A stretch of 64,000 nt of DNA, taken from contig CAZQCO010000010.1 of assembly GCA_964592225.1 (NCBI GenBank), positions 142 to 64,141 on the forward strand, read 5' to 3'. Below are positions 56,352-64,000 of this stretch, in pieces. Made by a program: the position numbers and the translations under genes. How positions within the stretch are numbered: position 1 is the first letter of the stretch; the number at the start of each line of letters is the position of its first letter. Origin of the DNA: an uncultured Bacteroidales bacterium (GTDB taxonomy: Bacteria; Bacteroidota; Bacteroidia; Bacteroidales; UBA10428). The notes beneath the pieces are model-generated. The model made no database searches and had not been told where the DNA came from. It saw nothing but the letters and a program-made list of their open reading frames with translations.

Positions 56352-56708
56352 ATGGCGCATCATAACGAAATAGGTGAAAAGGGTGAAAAGTTAGCTGCCG
56401 AATACCTGGTTGGTAAGAAATATAAAATAGTGAAGCTGAACTGGCGCTACAAGCATAAAGAAATTGACATTATTGCTTATGATAAGGATTGGCTGGTTAT
56501 TGTAGAAGTAAAATTGCGCAGTACCGATTATTTCGGCGATCCCTCCGAATTTGTCACAAAAAAGAAACAACGTTACCTCATTGAAGCTGCCGAGGCTTAT
56601 TTGAACACCATTCCTTCAGCCCCTGAAGTCCGTTTTGATATTGTTTCAATTATTGGATCAGAAGGGCATTACGAGATCGATCATATAACAGATGCTTTTA
56701 ATCCCTGA
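56352..56708 (+). CDS. YraN family (UPF0102) endonuclease-like protein
   Basis: 118 aa. Contains GEKGEKLAAEYL...EIDIIAYDKDWLVIVEVK...RFDIV. Confidence 0.85.
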   Translation: MAHHNEIGEKGEKLAAEYLVGKKYKIVKLNWRYKHKEIDIIAYDKDWLVIVEVKLRSTDYFGDPSEFVTKKKQRYLIEAAEAYLNTIPSAPEVRFDIVSIIGSEGHYEIDHITDAFNP

Positions 56709-56819
56709 TAATTGTTTTGATACAATTCATCTACAATTAATAGAATATTTCTTATTATTTTCAGAGGGAAACATGCAACTCCTTTCCTGGGAAGCTGTCT
56801 ATAAGGCTAAACCAAAACC

Positions 56820-59168
56820 ATGATCAAAGTAATTATTTTTTTCACAGCATTTTTTTCACTTTTTTGTTGGCAGTCTGAGGCACAGGTACCGGTCCAAACT
56901 GTTCGCGGAACTGTTTTTGAGAGGGAGACTGAATTTCCTTTACCGGGAGCAACAATTGTAATTTTAAATACGGACCCTCAATTGGTAACGATCAGTGATC
57001 CGAACGGAAAGTTCAAAATCGAACAAGTACCGGTAGGAAGATACAATATACAAATCAGCTTTTTGGGTTACGAACCTCATATTATTCCTGAGATTATGTT
57101 AGGATCTGCTAAGGAGGTTGTTATCAACGCAGGTTTGTCCGAGTCGGTCATAAAACTTGATGCCGTTGAGATACATGCAGATATCAAAAAGGATCGGCCC
57201 TTGAATAATATGGCATCTATCAGTGCCCGGATGATGAACATGGACGAGGCACATCGTTATGCCGGAGGATTCGATGATCCGGCCAGGCTTGCTTCTTCGT
57301 TTGCCGGCGTAGCTACGGGATATATGGAGGATAATTCCATAGTAGTGCGAGGGAATGCTCCAAAAGGACTTTTATGGAGATTGGAAGGAGTGGAGATTCC
57401 AAATCCCAATCACTTTGCCGATATGGCTGCGTTAGGTGGAGGAGGGATCACTCTTTTTAGCAGTCAGATGCTTGCTAATTCTGATTTTTATACCAGCGCT
57501 TTTCCGGCAGAGTATGGCAATGTTTTGTCGGGAGTGTTTGACATAAAATTGCGAAATGGCAACAATGAGCAGTATGAACATGCCTTTCAGATTGGTGCAA
57601 TGGGATTGGATATATCTTCGGAGGGCCCTTTTGTTAAAGGTAAGAATGCTTCATACCTGTTCAATTATCGTTACTCAACTTTTGGTTTGATTAAATATGT
57701 ATTACCCGATGATACTAATTTACCGGTATACCAGGATCTTTGCTTTAAAATAAATCTTCCAACTGCGAAGGCAGGCACATTTTCACTTTGGGGAATTGGA
57801 GGAATCGATGAAATAAATGGATATGCAAAAATGGATTCCAGTGAATGGGAAACCTTTAATGATAGGGAAAACATGGAAGGGAAAATAAACCTGGGTGCGG
57901 TAGGATTTAATCATAAAATTACCCTAAGTAGAAATTTTTTTGTTGAATCTATTCTTAGTGCCTCGGCCAATGAAACAAGTTTTGATGAGAGCTATCTGAC
58001 AATGGATCTCATAAATGAATACCCGAAACAAAGTGTACAAGACTTAAATTGGAAATATACCTTCTCAAGTAAATTAAACACAAAATTCAGTGCAAAACAT
58101 ACAAATCGCACGGGTATTATAATCAATAAATTATATTATAATTCCGATTTACAGGCCAGCTTTACAGAAGGAGCCTCACTGACCCAATTAGTAAAGGAAG
58201 AAGGGGGTACAGAACTCTATCAGATCTTTTCGCAATCGAGATTTGAGTTTATACCTGGATTAACCATTAATGCAGGTGCTCATTTGTTCTATCTGGCATT
58301 GAACGATGAAATTTTATTTGAACCAAGGCTTGGACTGTCTTATAAACTTCCAACAGGAATGACATTCAGTATGGGATATGGTAAGCATAGTCAACTGGAA
58401 CCCCTAGGGGTATATCTGGCTGAAGTTGAAAACAATGGTAATATCACGAAACCTAATACCAATTTACGAATGACAAAATCGCACCACATGGTCGTGGGAA
58501 TGGATTATAGTTTTACTCCTTACCTCAGATTAAAAATCGAACCCTACATTCAATACCTCTATGATGTACCGGTAATTCCCGATAGTGCTTATTCCACAAT
58601 AAATATGGACAGAGCCTGGTATCTGGCATCAGAGCTCACTAATGAAGGAACAGGGCTTAATTATGGAATTGATGTAACCTTGGAAAGATTCCTGCATAAA
58701 GGTTATTATTACCTTATCACAGCCTCATTGTTCGACTCCAAATATTCAGGAGGTGATGGAATCCAGCGTAGTACCATGTACAACAGGAATTATGTTGTCA
58801 ATCTTTTATTTGGCAAAGAATGGCAGGTACAAAAGAACCATATGCTAAGTGTAAACGGGAGGTTGAATTTTCTGGGAGGAAATCGTCATATTCCGGTTGA
58901 CTATGAAACTTCAGAGGCAGTGCACGATGTGGTTTACGATTATACACATGCCTATGAAGGGCATGACCCGAATATATATCAATTTGATCTTACACTAACC
59001 TATAAAATAAACCGAAAGCATTATTCAAGCAGCTGGGCATTACAGGTATTGAATGTATTTGGAAGAAAAGAATTTTATGGTTTTAATTATAATTATAAAA
59101 CTGCCCGTGTTGAGAGGGATGAAGTTTTGGTTATCGTACCTTCCATAAGTTATAAGATGGATTTTTAA
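56820..59168 (+). CDS. TonB-dependent receptor-like outer-membrane protein with carboxypeptidase-regulatory-like domain
   Basis: 782 aa with a signal peptide. Has a CarbopepD_reg-like N-terminus (VRGTVFE...GATIVIL...GKFKIEQVPVGRYNIQISFLGY) and a plug-like segment (IVVRGNAPKGLLWRLEGVEI). The barrel ends in SISYKMDF. Confidence 0.85.
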   Translation: MIKVIIFFTAFFSLFCWQSEAQVPVQTVRGTVFERETEFPLPGATIVILNTDPQLVTISDPNGKFKIEQVPVGRYNIQISFLGYEPHIIPEIMLGSAKEVVINAGLSESVIKLDAVEIHADIKKDRPLNNMASISARMMNMDEAHRYAGGFDDPARLASSFAGVATGYMEDNSIVVRGNAPKGLLWRLEGVEIPNPNHFADMAALGGGGITLFSSQMLANSDFYTSAFPAEYGNVLSGVFDIKLRNGNNEQYEHAFQIGAMGLDISSEGPFVKGKNASYLFNYRYSTFGLIKYVLPDDTNLPVYQDLCFKINLPTAKAGTFSLWGIGGIDEINGYAKMDSSEWETFNDRENMEGKINLGAVGFNHKITLSRNFFVESILSASANETSFDESYLTMDLINEYPKQSVQDLNWKYTFSSKLNTKFSAKHTNRTGIIINKLYYNSDLQASFTEGASLTQLVKEEGGTELYQIFSQSRFEFIPGLTINAGAHLFYLALNDEILFEPRLGLSYKLPTGMTFSMGYGKHSQLEPLGVYLAEVENNGNITKPNTNLRMTKSHHMVVGMDYSFTPYLRLKIEPYIQYLYDVPVIPDSAYSTINMDRAWYLASELTNEGTGLNYGIDVTLERFLHKGYYYLITASLFDSKYSGGDGIQRSTMYNRNYVVNLLFGKEWQVQKNHMLSVNGRLNFLGGNRHIPVDYETSEAVHDVVYDYTHAYEGHDPNIYQFDLTLTYKINRKHYSSSWALQVLNVFGRKEFYGFNYNYKTARVERDEVLVIVPSISYKMDF

Positions 59169-59178
59169 AAGCTTCAAA

Positions 59179-59200
59179 AGGGTGAAACCGCCCTCTTTAT
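59179..59200 (+). terminator. Candidate rho-independent terminator after the TonB-dependent receptor gene
   Basis: The stem agggtg / cgccct is 6 bp including one G-U pair, with loop aaac, and is followed by ctttattatt. Confidence 0.45.
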
Positions 59201-59244
59201 TATTAAAAAGCCTAATTTTAACTTTTACTATTCCATAGGCTTTA

Positions 59245-59483
59245 ATGAACATTAAATCGTTACGGGAATATTATCTTTAAAAAAAGAAACATCTGAGGGC
59301 TTTCCTTTCGATGACTCAACTCTTGTATTCAAAGTATTTGATAAAATGTTTGCGCTAATGGATCTGAATGGCGATTTGAGTATAAACCTGAAATGTGATC
59401 CGTTAAAAGCATTGGAACTGAGAGAGAAATATCCGACAGTGATGCTAGGATATAATATGAATAAAATCATTATCTCCTTTTAG
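59245..59483 (+). pseudogene. Frameshifted and C-terminally truncated MmcQ/YjbR-family gene remnant
   Basis: The ATG at 59245 gives MNIKSLREYYL and then a TAA at 59278-59280. The -1 frame continues as SLKKETSEGFPFDDSTLVFKVFDKMFALMDLNGDLSINLKCDPLKALELREKYPTVMLGYNMNK..., ending at the TAG at 59481-59483. The junction lies at an A7 run (59279-59285). The joined sequence matches the YjbR pattern as I recall it. Confidence 0.6.
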
Positions 59484-59530
59484 TATGCTGTAAAACAAAT
59501 GAAACCGAAGGAAGCAATCGCCTTATATTC

Positions 59531-60898
59531 TTAAAAGTGATACTTCAGATTAAATATAAACATATCATAGTCCTTCATGTTGGCAAATAAGTTATCGCCT
59601 TTGCCTTCAAAGAGCACTGAGGATAATGAAATTTCAGTATTAACAGTTGCTTTATAAGTTATTACCGGCATATATGCAAGGGCATAATTCTCTTTGATAT
59701 CCTTCCAGTCGGTAATAATGAAAACTCCACTTAGGGGTGAAATTTTAAGCTTGTCATTGAAGAAACTTTTATCATATCTTAAAAAGAAATAGTCATTCAA
59801 TGCATTATTTCCCCTTTCATGAATGAAACCATGTATGTATTGAAGATTTAAGTATGATCCATCTGCAAAATTATAGTCACCACCTACTACAAATTTTATA
59901 AAGGGTTTTGTATCCAAGATAAGTGAATCTACTATTACAGGTTCAGGAGACATAGGAAAAAGGGCTGAGAGATCATTGGTCATGATTAAATCCTCTTTCG
60001 GGATAAATGCAGCGGCTTCTGCCCAGAAACCTATCCCTGCAATGCTTGTAGCCAGATCTGCACCAATGATATGATCCCTTTCATAGGATAGTTGGGCGTT
60101 TATATTCATTCCTCCCTGAGCATCAACCGGAATAAATATATTTCTCGTATTGTTTGGTAAACCGTTCCTGCCCCAAACATAACTCACTGAAAAATCAATC
60201 CCACCAGCGAACCCTTTAAATCTTAAACCTGTTGTAGAGCTTTCCCCAAGATTATATTCCGGCATGAGCATTGTGTCGGAGTATTCCACTAAAACCATGC
60301 CTGGTGGCATTTCCATTGAAGAATTCAGTGCCCCGGCAAAAATGCCCACAGGTAAATTAGCCGGTTGAAAGAATGGAACATACACACCCTGCAACGAAAA
60401 ATCATTATTAAAATAATACTGCAAGTTTATTGCATCAGCACCGCGATGACGACCAAAATCCAGAATGTCTTCCATGTCGTAGGGATTCAGGTTATCTGTT
60501 GGGTTTATCACATCGGCAGTTCCCCAGGCAATTCGTTGACGTCCAATGGTTATATCCAAATTTTTTGTAAGAAAACCATATAGTTGAACATATGCCTCCC
60601 TTATTTCAAGATTATAAGGATCAATTATTCCTTTGTTATATAAATCGCTTGACGAGGTAATATCGGGTAAACCTATGTTTCGAAGCCAGACTTCACTATA
60701 GAATTTTGAATTACCAGTGATTTTTTTGTCCAGTTTAACAGTGAGACGATTTTCGTTCCACACCCAGGGACTTTTTTCCTGAAGAAGGAACCGTTGATCG
60801 GTCATCAACTCTCCTGATAATTGTAACGGATTCTCCTGAGCATATGCAAGTCCTAAGGAAGTCAAAATTAAAATTAGAGATATATTGATCTTATTCAT
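59531..60898 (-). CDS. Outer-membrane beta-barrel protein of unknown function, third gene of the MMPL operon
   Basis: 455 aa with a signal peptide (GLAYAQ). An alternating beta pattern runs throughout and ends in FIFNLKYHF. It starts 14 nt after the LolA-like gene. Confidence 0.6.
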   Translation of the reverse strand: MNKINISLILILTSLGLAYAQENPLQLSGELMTDQRFLLQEKSPWVWNENRLTVKLDKKITGNSKFYSEVWLRNIGLPDITSSSDLYNKGIIDPYNLEIREAYVQLYGFLTKNLDITIGRQRIAWGTADVINPTDNLNPYDMEDILDFGRHRGADAINLQYYFNNDFSLQGVYVPFFQPANLPVGIFAGALNSSMEMPPGMVLVEYSDTMLMPEYNLGESSTTGLRFKGFAGGIDFSVSYVWGRNGLPNNTRNIFIPVDAQGGMNINAQLSYERDHIIGADLATSIAGIGFWAEAAAFIPKEDLIMTNDLSALFPMSPEPVIVDSLILDTKPFIKFVVGGDYNFADGSYLNLQYIHGFIHERGNNALNDYFFLRYDKSFFNDKLKISPLSGVFIITDWKDIKENYALAYMPVITYKATVNTEISLSSVLFEGKGDNLFANMKDYDMFIFNLKYHF

Positions 60899-60912
60899 AT
60901 CTGATGCTATAA

Positions 60913-61647
60913 TTATTGTTTAAGTATTCTTACCGTAAATTCATCGTCAGATAAGCCTGTATCGTATTTAACATCCGACATTTGCATTTTGGTTTTATGG
61001 TTTTTCTTTAGGTCAGTCATTTCAATTTCTATGGCATTCCAGTACTTACCAATTTTTTTGAATGTGTATTTAGCTACTTTAATTTTTGTATTGCTTCTAT
61101 CGTAATACTCCATTAACTCAGGATAATAATTTGCTTTATTGATATATACAATTATTTTGGAATAATCGGATCGTTCTTTTGGTGTTAGCTCCACCACAAA
61201 TACATTTTCTTCCGTTTTAATGAGTTTTGCCGCATATTTTTCGGCATAGGGTTTTGATTCCATATCGTCATAAGAAAAATCGGTACCGGCAAAATTCTGG
61301 TTTTTAATACTGGCAGAGATTCGGCGTTCTTTGTCAAATGCGGGCAAATAAAGGTACATTATATCGTTTGGGAGGGATAAAACGGATATGCCGGCTTGCG
61401 ATGCCGGTGAAGTGAAACGCATGATGCGTTTATCCGTACCTTTTTGCTTGATAGTCGCTTCCCGGATTTCTTGTTTACCGTTTTTATCAATTAAAATAAT
61501 TTTATTTGTTCCTGTCAAATCATTTGGAGCATATAATACATTATCCATATTCTTCAGAATAGTATTGACATCCTGTGCATTTACAATTAATATACTTCCT
61601 ACTATTATTAGTATAGTAATGACTGCTGAATAAATTTTTGTTTTCAT
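60913..61647 (-). CDS. Outer-membrane lipoprotein-sorting (LolA-like) protein
   Basis: 244 aa with a signal peptide. ILKNMDNVLYAPNDLTG...RIMRFTSPASQAGISVL...MYLYLPAFDKERRIS...FAGTDFSYDDM matches the LolA_like family as I recall it. Confidence 0.7.
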   Translation of the reverse strand: MKTKIYSAVITILIIVGSILIVNAQDVNTILKNMDNVLYAPNDLTGTNKIILIDKNGKQEIREATIKQKGTDKRIMRFTSPASQAGISVLSLPNDIMYLYLPAFDKERRISASIKNQNFAGTDFSYDDMESKPYAEKYAAKLIKTEENVFVVELTPKERSDYSKIIVYINKANYYPELMEYYDRSNTKIKVAKYTFKKIGKYWNAIEIEMTDLKKNHKTKMQMSDVKYDTGLSDDEFTVRILKQ

Positions 61648-61665
61648 GTCACTATGTTTAAGGTG

Positions 61666-63924
61666 TTAAAAATTATTTTGCAGATATTTTTTTCTTCTGT
61701 TTGCCAATATTAATATCACAGGCAATAAAGTTAGTGCGCCCAACCCTGAGCCAAACATACTTATCGCAATCAGTAAGCCAAAATTTCGTATAGGGAGTAT
61801 TTGCGCAAACAACAGCACCAAAAATCCTGCGGCTACTGATACTACATTTATAATAACAGCTTTTCCCTTTGCCATAATTGTTTCTTCAATTGCTTTTTCC
61901 ACATTCCCATGATCGTTCAAATGTGTATTAAAACCAGAAATAATATGTATGGAATAGTCGATACCAATACCCAGGGCAATACTGCCTACCAGTACTGTTG
62001 CTATATCGAGCGAGATACCGGTGAAGCCCATAAAACCCAGTAGTATTAAAATTGTAGCGATAATCGGAATAGTAGCGTAAACTCCTTTTGCAAATGAACG
62101 CATTGTGACCCCTACAATTAAAAGTACTAATATAATTGCAATTATAAGGCTGCTGTATTGGCTTTTAACAAGGCTGTCGTTAAGTTTGACATATAAAGGA
62201 GGTATACCGGTAAATTTAATCTTACAGCTTTCGTTCGAATTATCCTCACTAAATTTGTTCATTTTATTAGTAAAGTCTTTTATCTCATCCGTCTCAATAG
62301 AACCAAATTTTGATTGAATAATCGCTTTATCCAGTACATCTGAAACCAGTTGTTGCATAACATCTTGCCCATCAAGAAGAAACCATAATTGTTCAATCTT
62401 AGCTTTTTCATCCGGTATCTTTTCCCCTTCTCCCATCGCATCATTCATTTGTTCAACAAGATCGGCAACGGATTGAGCAGAATAAATATTTGGATCCTCT
62501 ATCATAAAATCTTCGGTTTTAATTATCATATTCAACACTTCCGGTTCCTGTACATCTCCATCAAATTCAATAAAAACAGGTAATGAACCTCCAAATTTTT
62601 TCTGCATTACATTTTCTGATATTCTTGTGGGATTATCTTTTTTAAAATAATCAGTTATGTTTACACTGGTTTTTATTAAGAATATACCGGCTATGCTTAA
62701 TAATAGCAGAATTCCCCATACTATTAAAATGCGTTTTGGATGGTTGAAAAGAAGGTGTACGAGTGGTCGCAGAATAACACGGGTCAATATACTTTTCTTT
62801 TCTGCTTTTTCAGTTTTAATCTTTTTTCTATACATTGATAATGCTGAAATAATTGCCGGGACGAAAAATATTGACAACAACAAAGCGATAAGTATTCCAA
62901 TGGCAGTGCAAATGCCGAAGTCCCTGGTCATTGTAAGGTATGCTCCAAATATAAATGAAACAAAGCCAATGGCGGTTGTAACAGATGCCAGGAATACCGG
63001 GATCGTGGTGTAGGCCATAGCCTTGATTAAAGCCTGCTTTCTGTCTTTTAGGGCATTTAAGTTTATACTGTTTAGAACATGAATTGTATAAGCACTTCCG
63101 ATCGCCAGCAATACAACCGGCATAAAACTAGTTATAATTGTTATCTCATAACCTGAGAATCCCATTATACCCAGTGTCCAGATTACAGTAATCCCGGCTG
63201 TAAGTAAGGGTAACAGCATCCCGCGAAAAGATCTGAAGCTAAATAATAATATTAAAGCAATAACTAAAAAAACGATAGGTATAAGCCATATCATATCAGA
63301 CAGGATCAGATCCGTAACATCGTTCAATAAAAAAGGTAATCCACCAAAATAAACCATCTCTGGTAAGTTCAATGCTTCGACTTTTGTCTTGATATTATTG
63401 GCAATTTCCTGCTTATCTGCATCAGAAAATACTGTAAATAAAATCACGGTAGCTGTTCCATCTTCAGAAACTATAGCCCCTTTATACATTTCTTTAGAAA
63501 AAACATAGCCCTTAAGGCTATCTAATTCTGATTGATCATCAGGCAAATCATACTCATCTACCAGGTTTCCTATTTCAATTCCCCAATCAGAACTTTTGAT
63601 ATCAAGAATATTTGTAAGGCTTGTTACAGTTGATACACCATCAGTAATTCTTAAACTATCAGTAATTTGCTTTATGTGTTGTAATATTTCAGTTTTAAAA
63701 ACATCATTGGTTTCCAAAACGATCATTCCTATTTCATTTCCCCCAAATTGTTTACCTATGTTCTTATATAAAAGTGCTGTTGGATCATCATCAGGCAGGG
63801 TGCTCAATATATCGGAATTTATTTTTAGATACTTGATTTGATAACCAAAAATAAGGGTTAGGCCTAACACAACTACAATGATTACCCATTTCCATTTTAT
63901 AATTCTTAGTGCAAATCTTTCCAT
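61666..63924 (-). CDS. MMPL/RND-superfamily transporter (HpnN-like, two 6-TM bundles)
   Basis: 752 aa. The architecture is duplicated: TM1, a periplasmic loop, then 5 TM, occurring twice. Sterol-sensing-like segments include GIDYSIHIISGF. Confidence 0.85.
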   Translation of the reverse strand: MERFALRIIKWKWVIIVVVLGLTLIFGYQIKYLKINSDILSTLPDDDPTALLYKNIGKQFGGNEIGMIVLETNDVFKTEILQHIKQITDSLRITDGVSTVTSLTNILDIKSSDWGIEIGNLVDEYDLPDDQSELDSLKGYVFSKEMYKGAIVSEDGTATVILFTVFSDADKQEIANNIKTKVEALNLPEMVYFGGLPFLLNDVTDLILSDMIWLIPIVFLVIALILLFSFRSFRGMLLPLLTAGITVIWTLGIMGFSGYEITIITSFMPVVLLAIGSAYTIHVLNSINLNALKDRKQALIKAMAYTTIPVFLASVTTAIGFVSFIFGAYLTMTRDFGICTAIGILIALLLSIFFVPAIISALSMYRKKIKTEKAEKKSILTRVILRPLVHLLFNHPKRILIVWGILLLLSIAGIFLIKTSVNITDYFKKDNPTRISENVMQKKFGGSLPVFIEFDGDVQEPEVLNMIIKTEDFMIEDPNIYSAQSVADLVEQMNDAMGEGEKIPDEKAKIEQLWFLLDGQDVMQQLVSDVLDKAIIQSKFGSIETDEIKDFTNKMNKFSEDNSNESCKIKFTGIPPLYVKLNDSLVKSQYSSLIIAIILVLLIVGVTMRSFAKGVYATIPIIATILILLGFMGFTGISLDIATVLVGSIALGIGIDYSIHIISGFNTHLNDHGNVEKAIEETIMAKGKAVIINVVSVAAGFLVLLFAQILPIRNFGLLIAISMFGSGLGALTLLPVILILANRRKKYLQNNF

Positions 63925-63937
63925 ATTAATTAATTTA

Positions 63938-63962
63938 TTGACTATTTTAGTTTCTTAGTCAA
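63938..63962. promoter_or_regulatory. Perfect 7-bp inverted repeat TTGACTA-N11-TAGTCAA in the MMPL operon leader (candidate operator or leader hairpin)
   Basis: The arms are at 63938-63944 and 63956-63962. The repeat lies between the candidate -7 box (63965-63972) and the ATG (63924). Confidence 0.4.
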
Positions 63963-63964
63963 TG

Positions 63965-63972
63965 CAAAAATA
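63965..63972 (-). promoter_or_regulatory. Candidate -7 promoter box TATTTTTG for the MMPL operon
   Basis: The plus strand reads caaaaata. The box lies 40 nt upstream of the ATG at 63924. Confidence 0.45.
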
Positions 63973-64000
63973 AAGATATAATTTGACCTATTTTGTTTTT

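Noticed and set aside
59252-59470. 72-aa minus-strand ORF in the ORF track.
   Set aside because: The plus strand of the same region encodes a recognisable, though frameshifted, YjbR/MmcQ-like sequence. The minus-strand ORF has no features and is an antisense artefact.
1-64000. Genomic island, prophage, defence island or mobile element.
   Set aside because: I recognised no integrase, transposase, recombinase, reverse transcriptase, restriction-modification, toxin-antitoxin or phage structural genes. There is no flanking tRNA or long direct repeats. Housekeeping genes are interspersed throughout, so the window looks like core chromosome.

Overview
This AT-rich segment reads as core genome of a Bacteroidota member. 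The evidence is the T9SS/gliding genes, recurrent TAnnTTTG -7 promoter boxes 13-77 nt upstream of start codons, and no obvious Shine-Dalgarno signals. I count about 55 intact protein genes plus one decayed gene. By eye I found no rRNA, tRNA, CRISPR array, transposase, integrase or phage gene. Landmarks are: a complete T9SS core operon porP-gldK-gldL-gldM-gldN (28.7-34.6 kb, minus strand); housekeeping genes (topA, PBP1A, radA, panCD, glmS, metG, ung); a small sugar-nucleotide/polysaccharide block (rfbB, galE, LbH acetyltransferase, DegT aminotransferase); two TonB-dependent receptors; a TetR-controlled ABC-2 exporter operon; an MlaEF-like pair; and an MMPL/LolA-like/OM-barrel operon. The best candidate for an undescribed system is a module that occurs twice. 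Each copy has a large protein with an N-terminal hydrophobic anchor and a shared roughly 500-aa domain (I recall it as DUF3352), followed on the same strand by an outer-membrane beta-barrel gene. The larger copy is 20680-25885: propeller-tailed protein, lipoprotein, PorP/SprF-like barrel, small DUF4834-like membrane protein. It lies 3 kb from the T9SS operon. The smaller copy is 4064-7434: MORN-tailed protein plus a single-POTRA Omp85 barrel. Other items worth a second look:
- a secreted protein with 11 copies of a 15-16-aa G-x-Q-x-A-G-I-x-N repeat
- an M48/BepA-like protein with a destroyed HExxH motif
- a TfoX C-terminal-domain gene cut by an in-frame TGA where I recall a conserved Trp
- a frameshifted, truncated YjbR/MmcQ remnant
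- an intergenic region with interleaved long-range complementarities

All family assignments come from motif recognition by eye. No database search was run.
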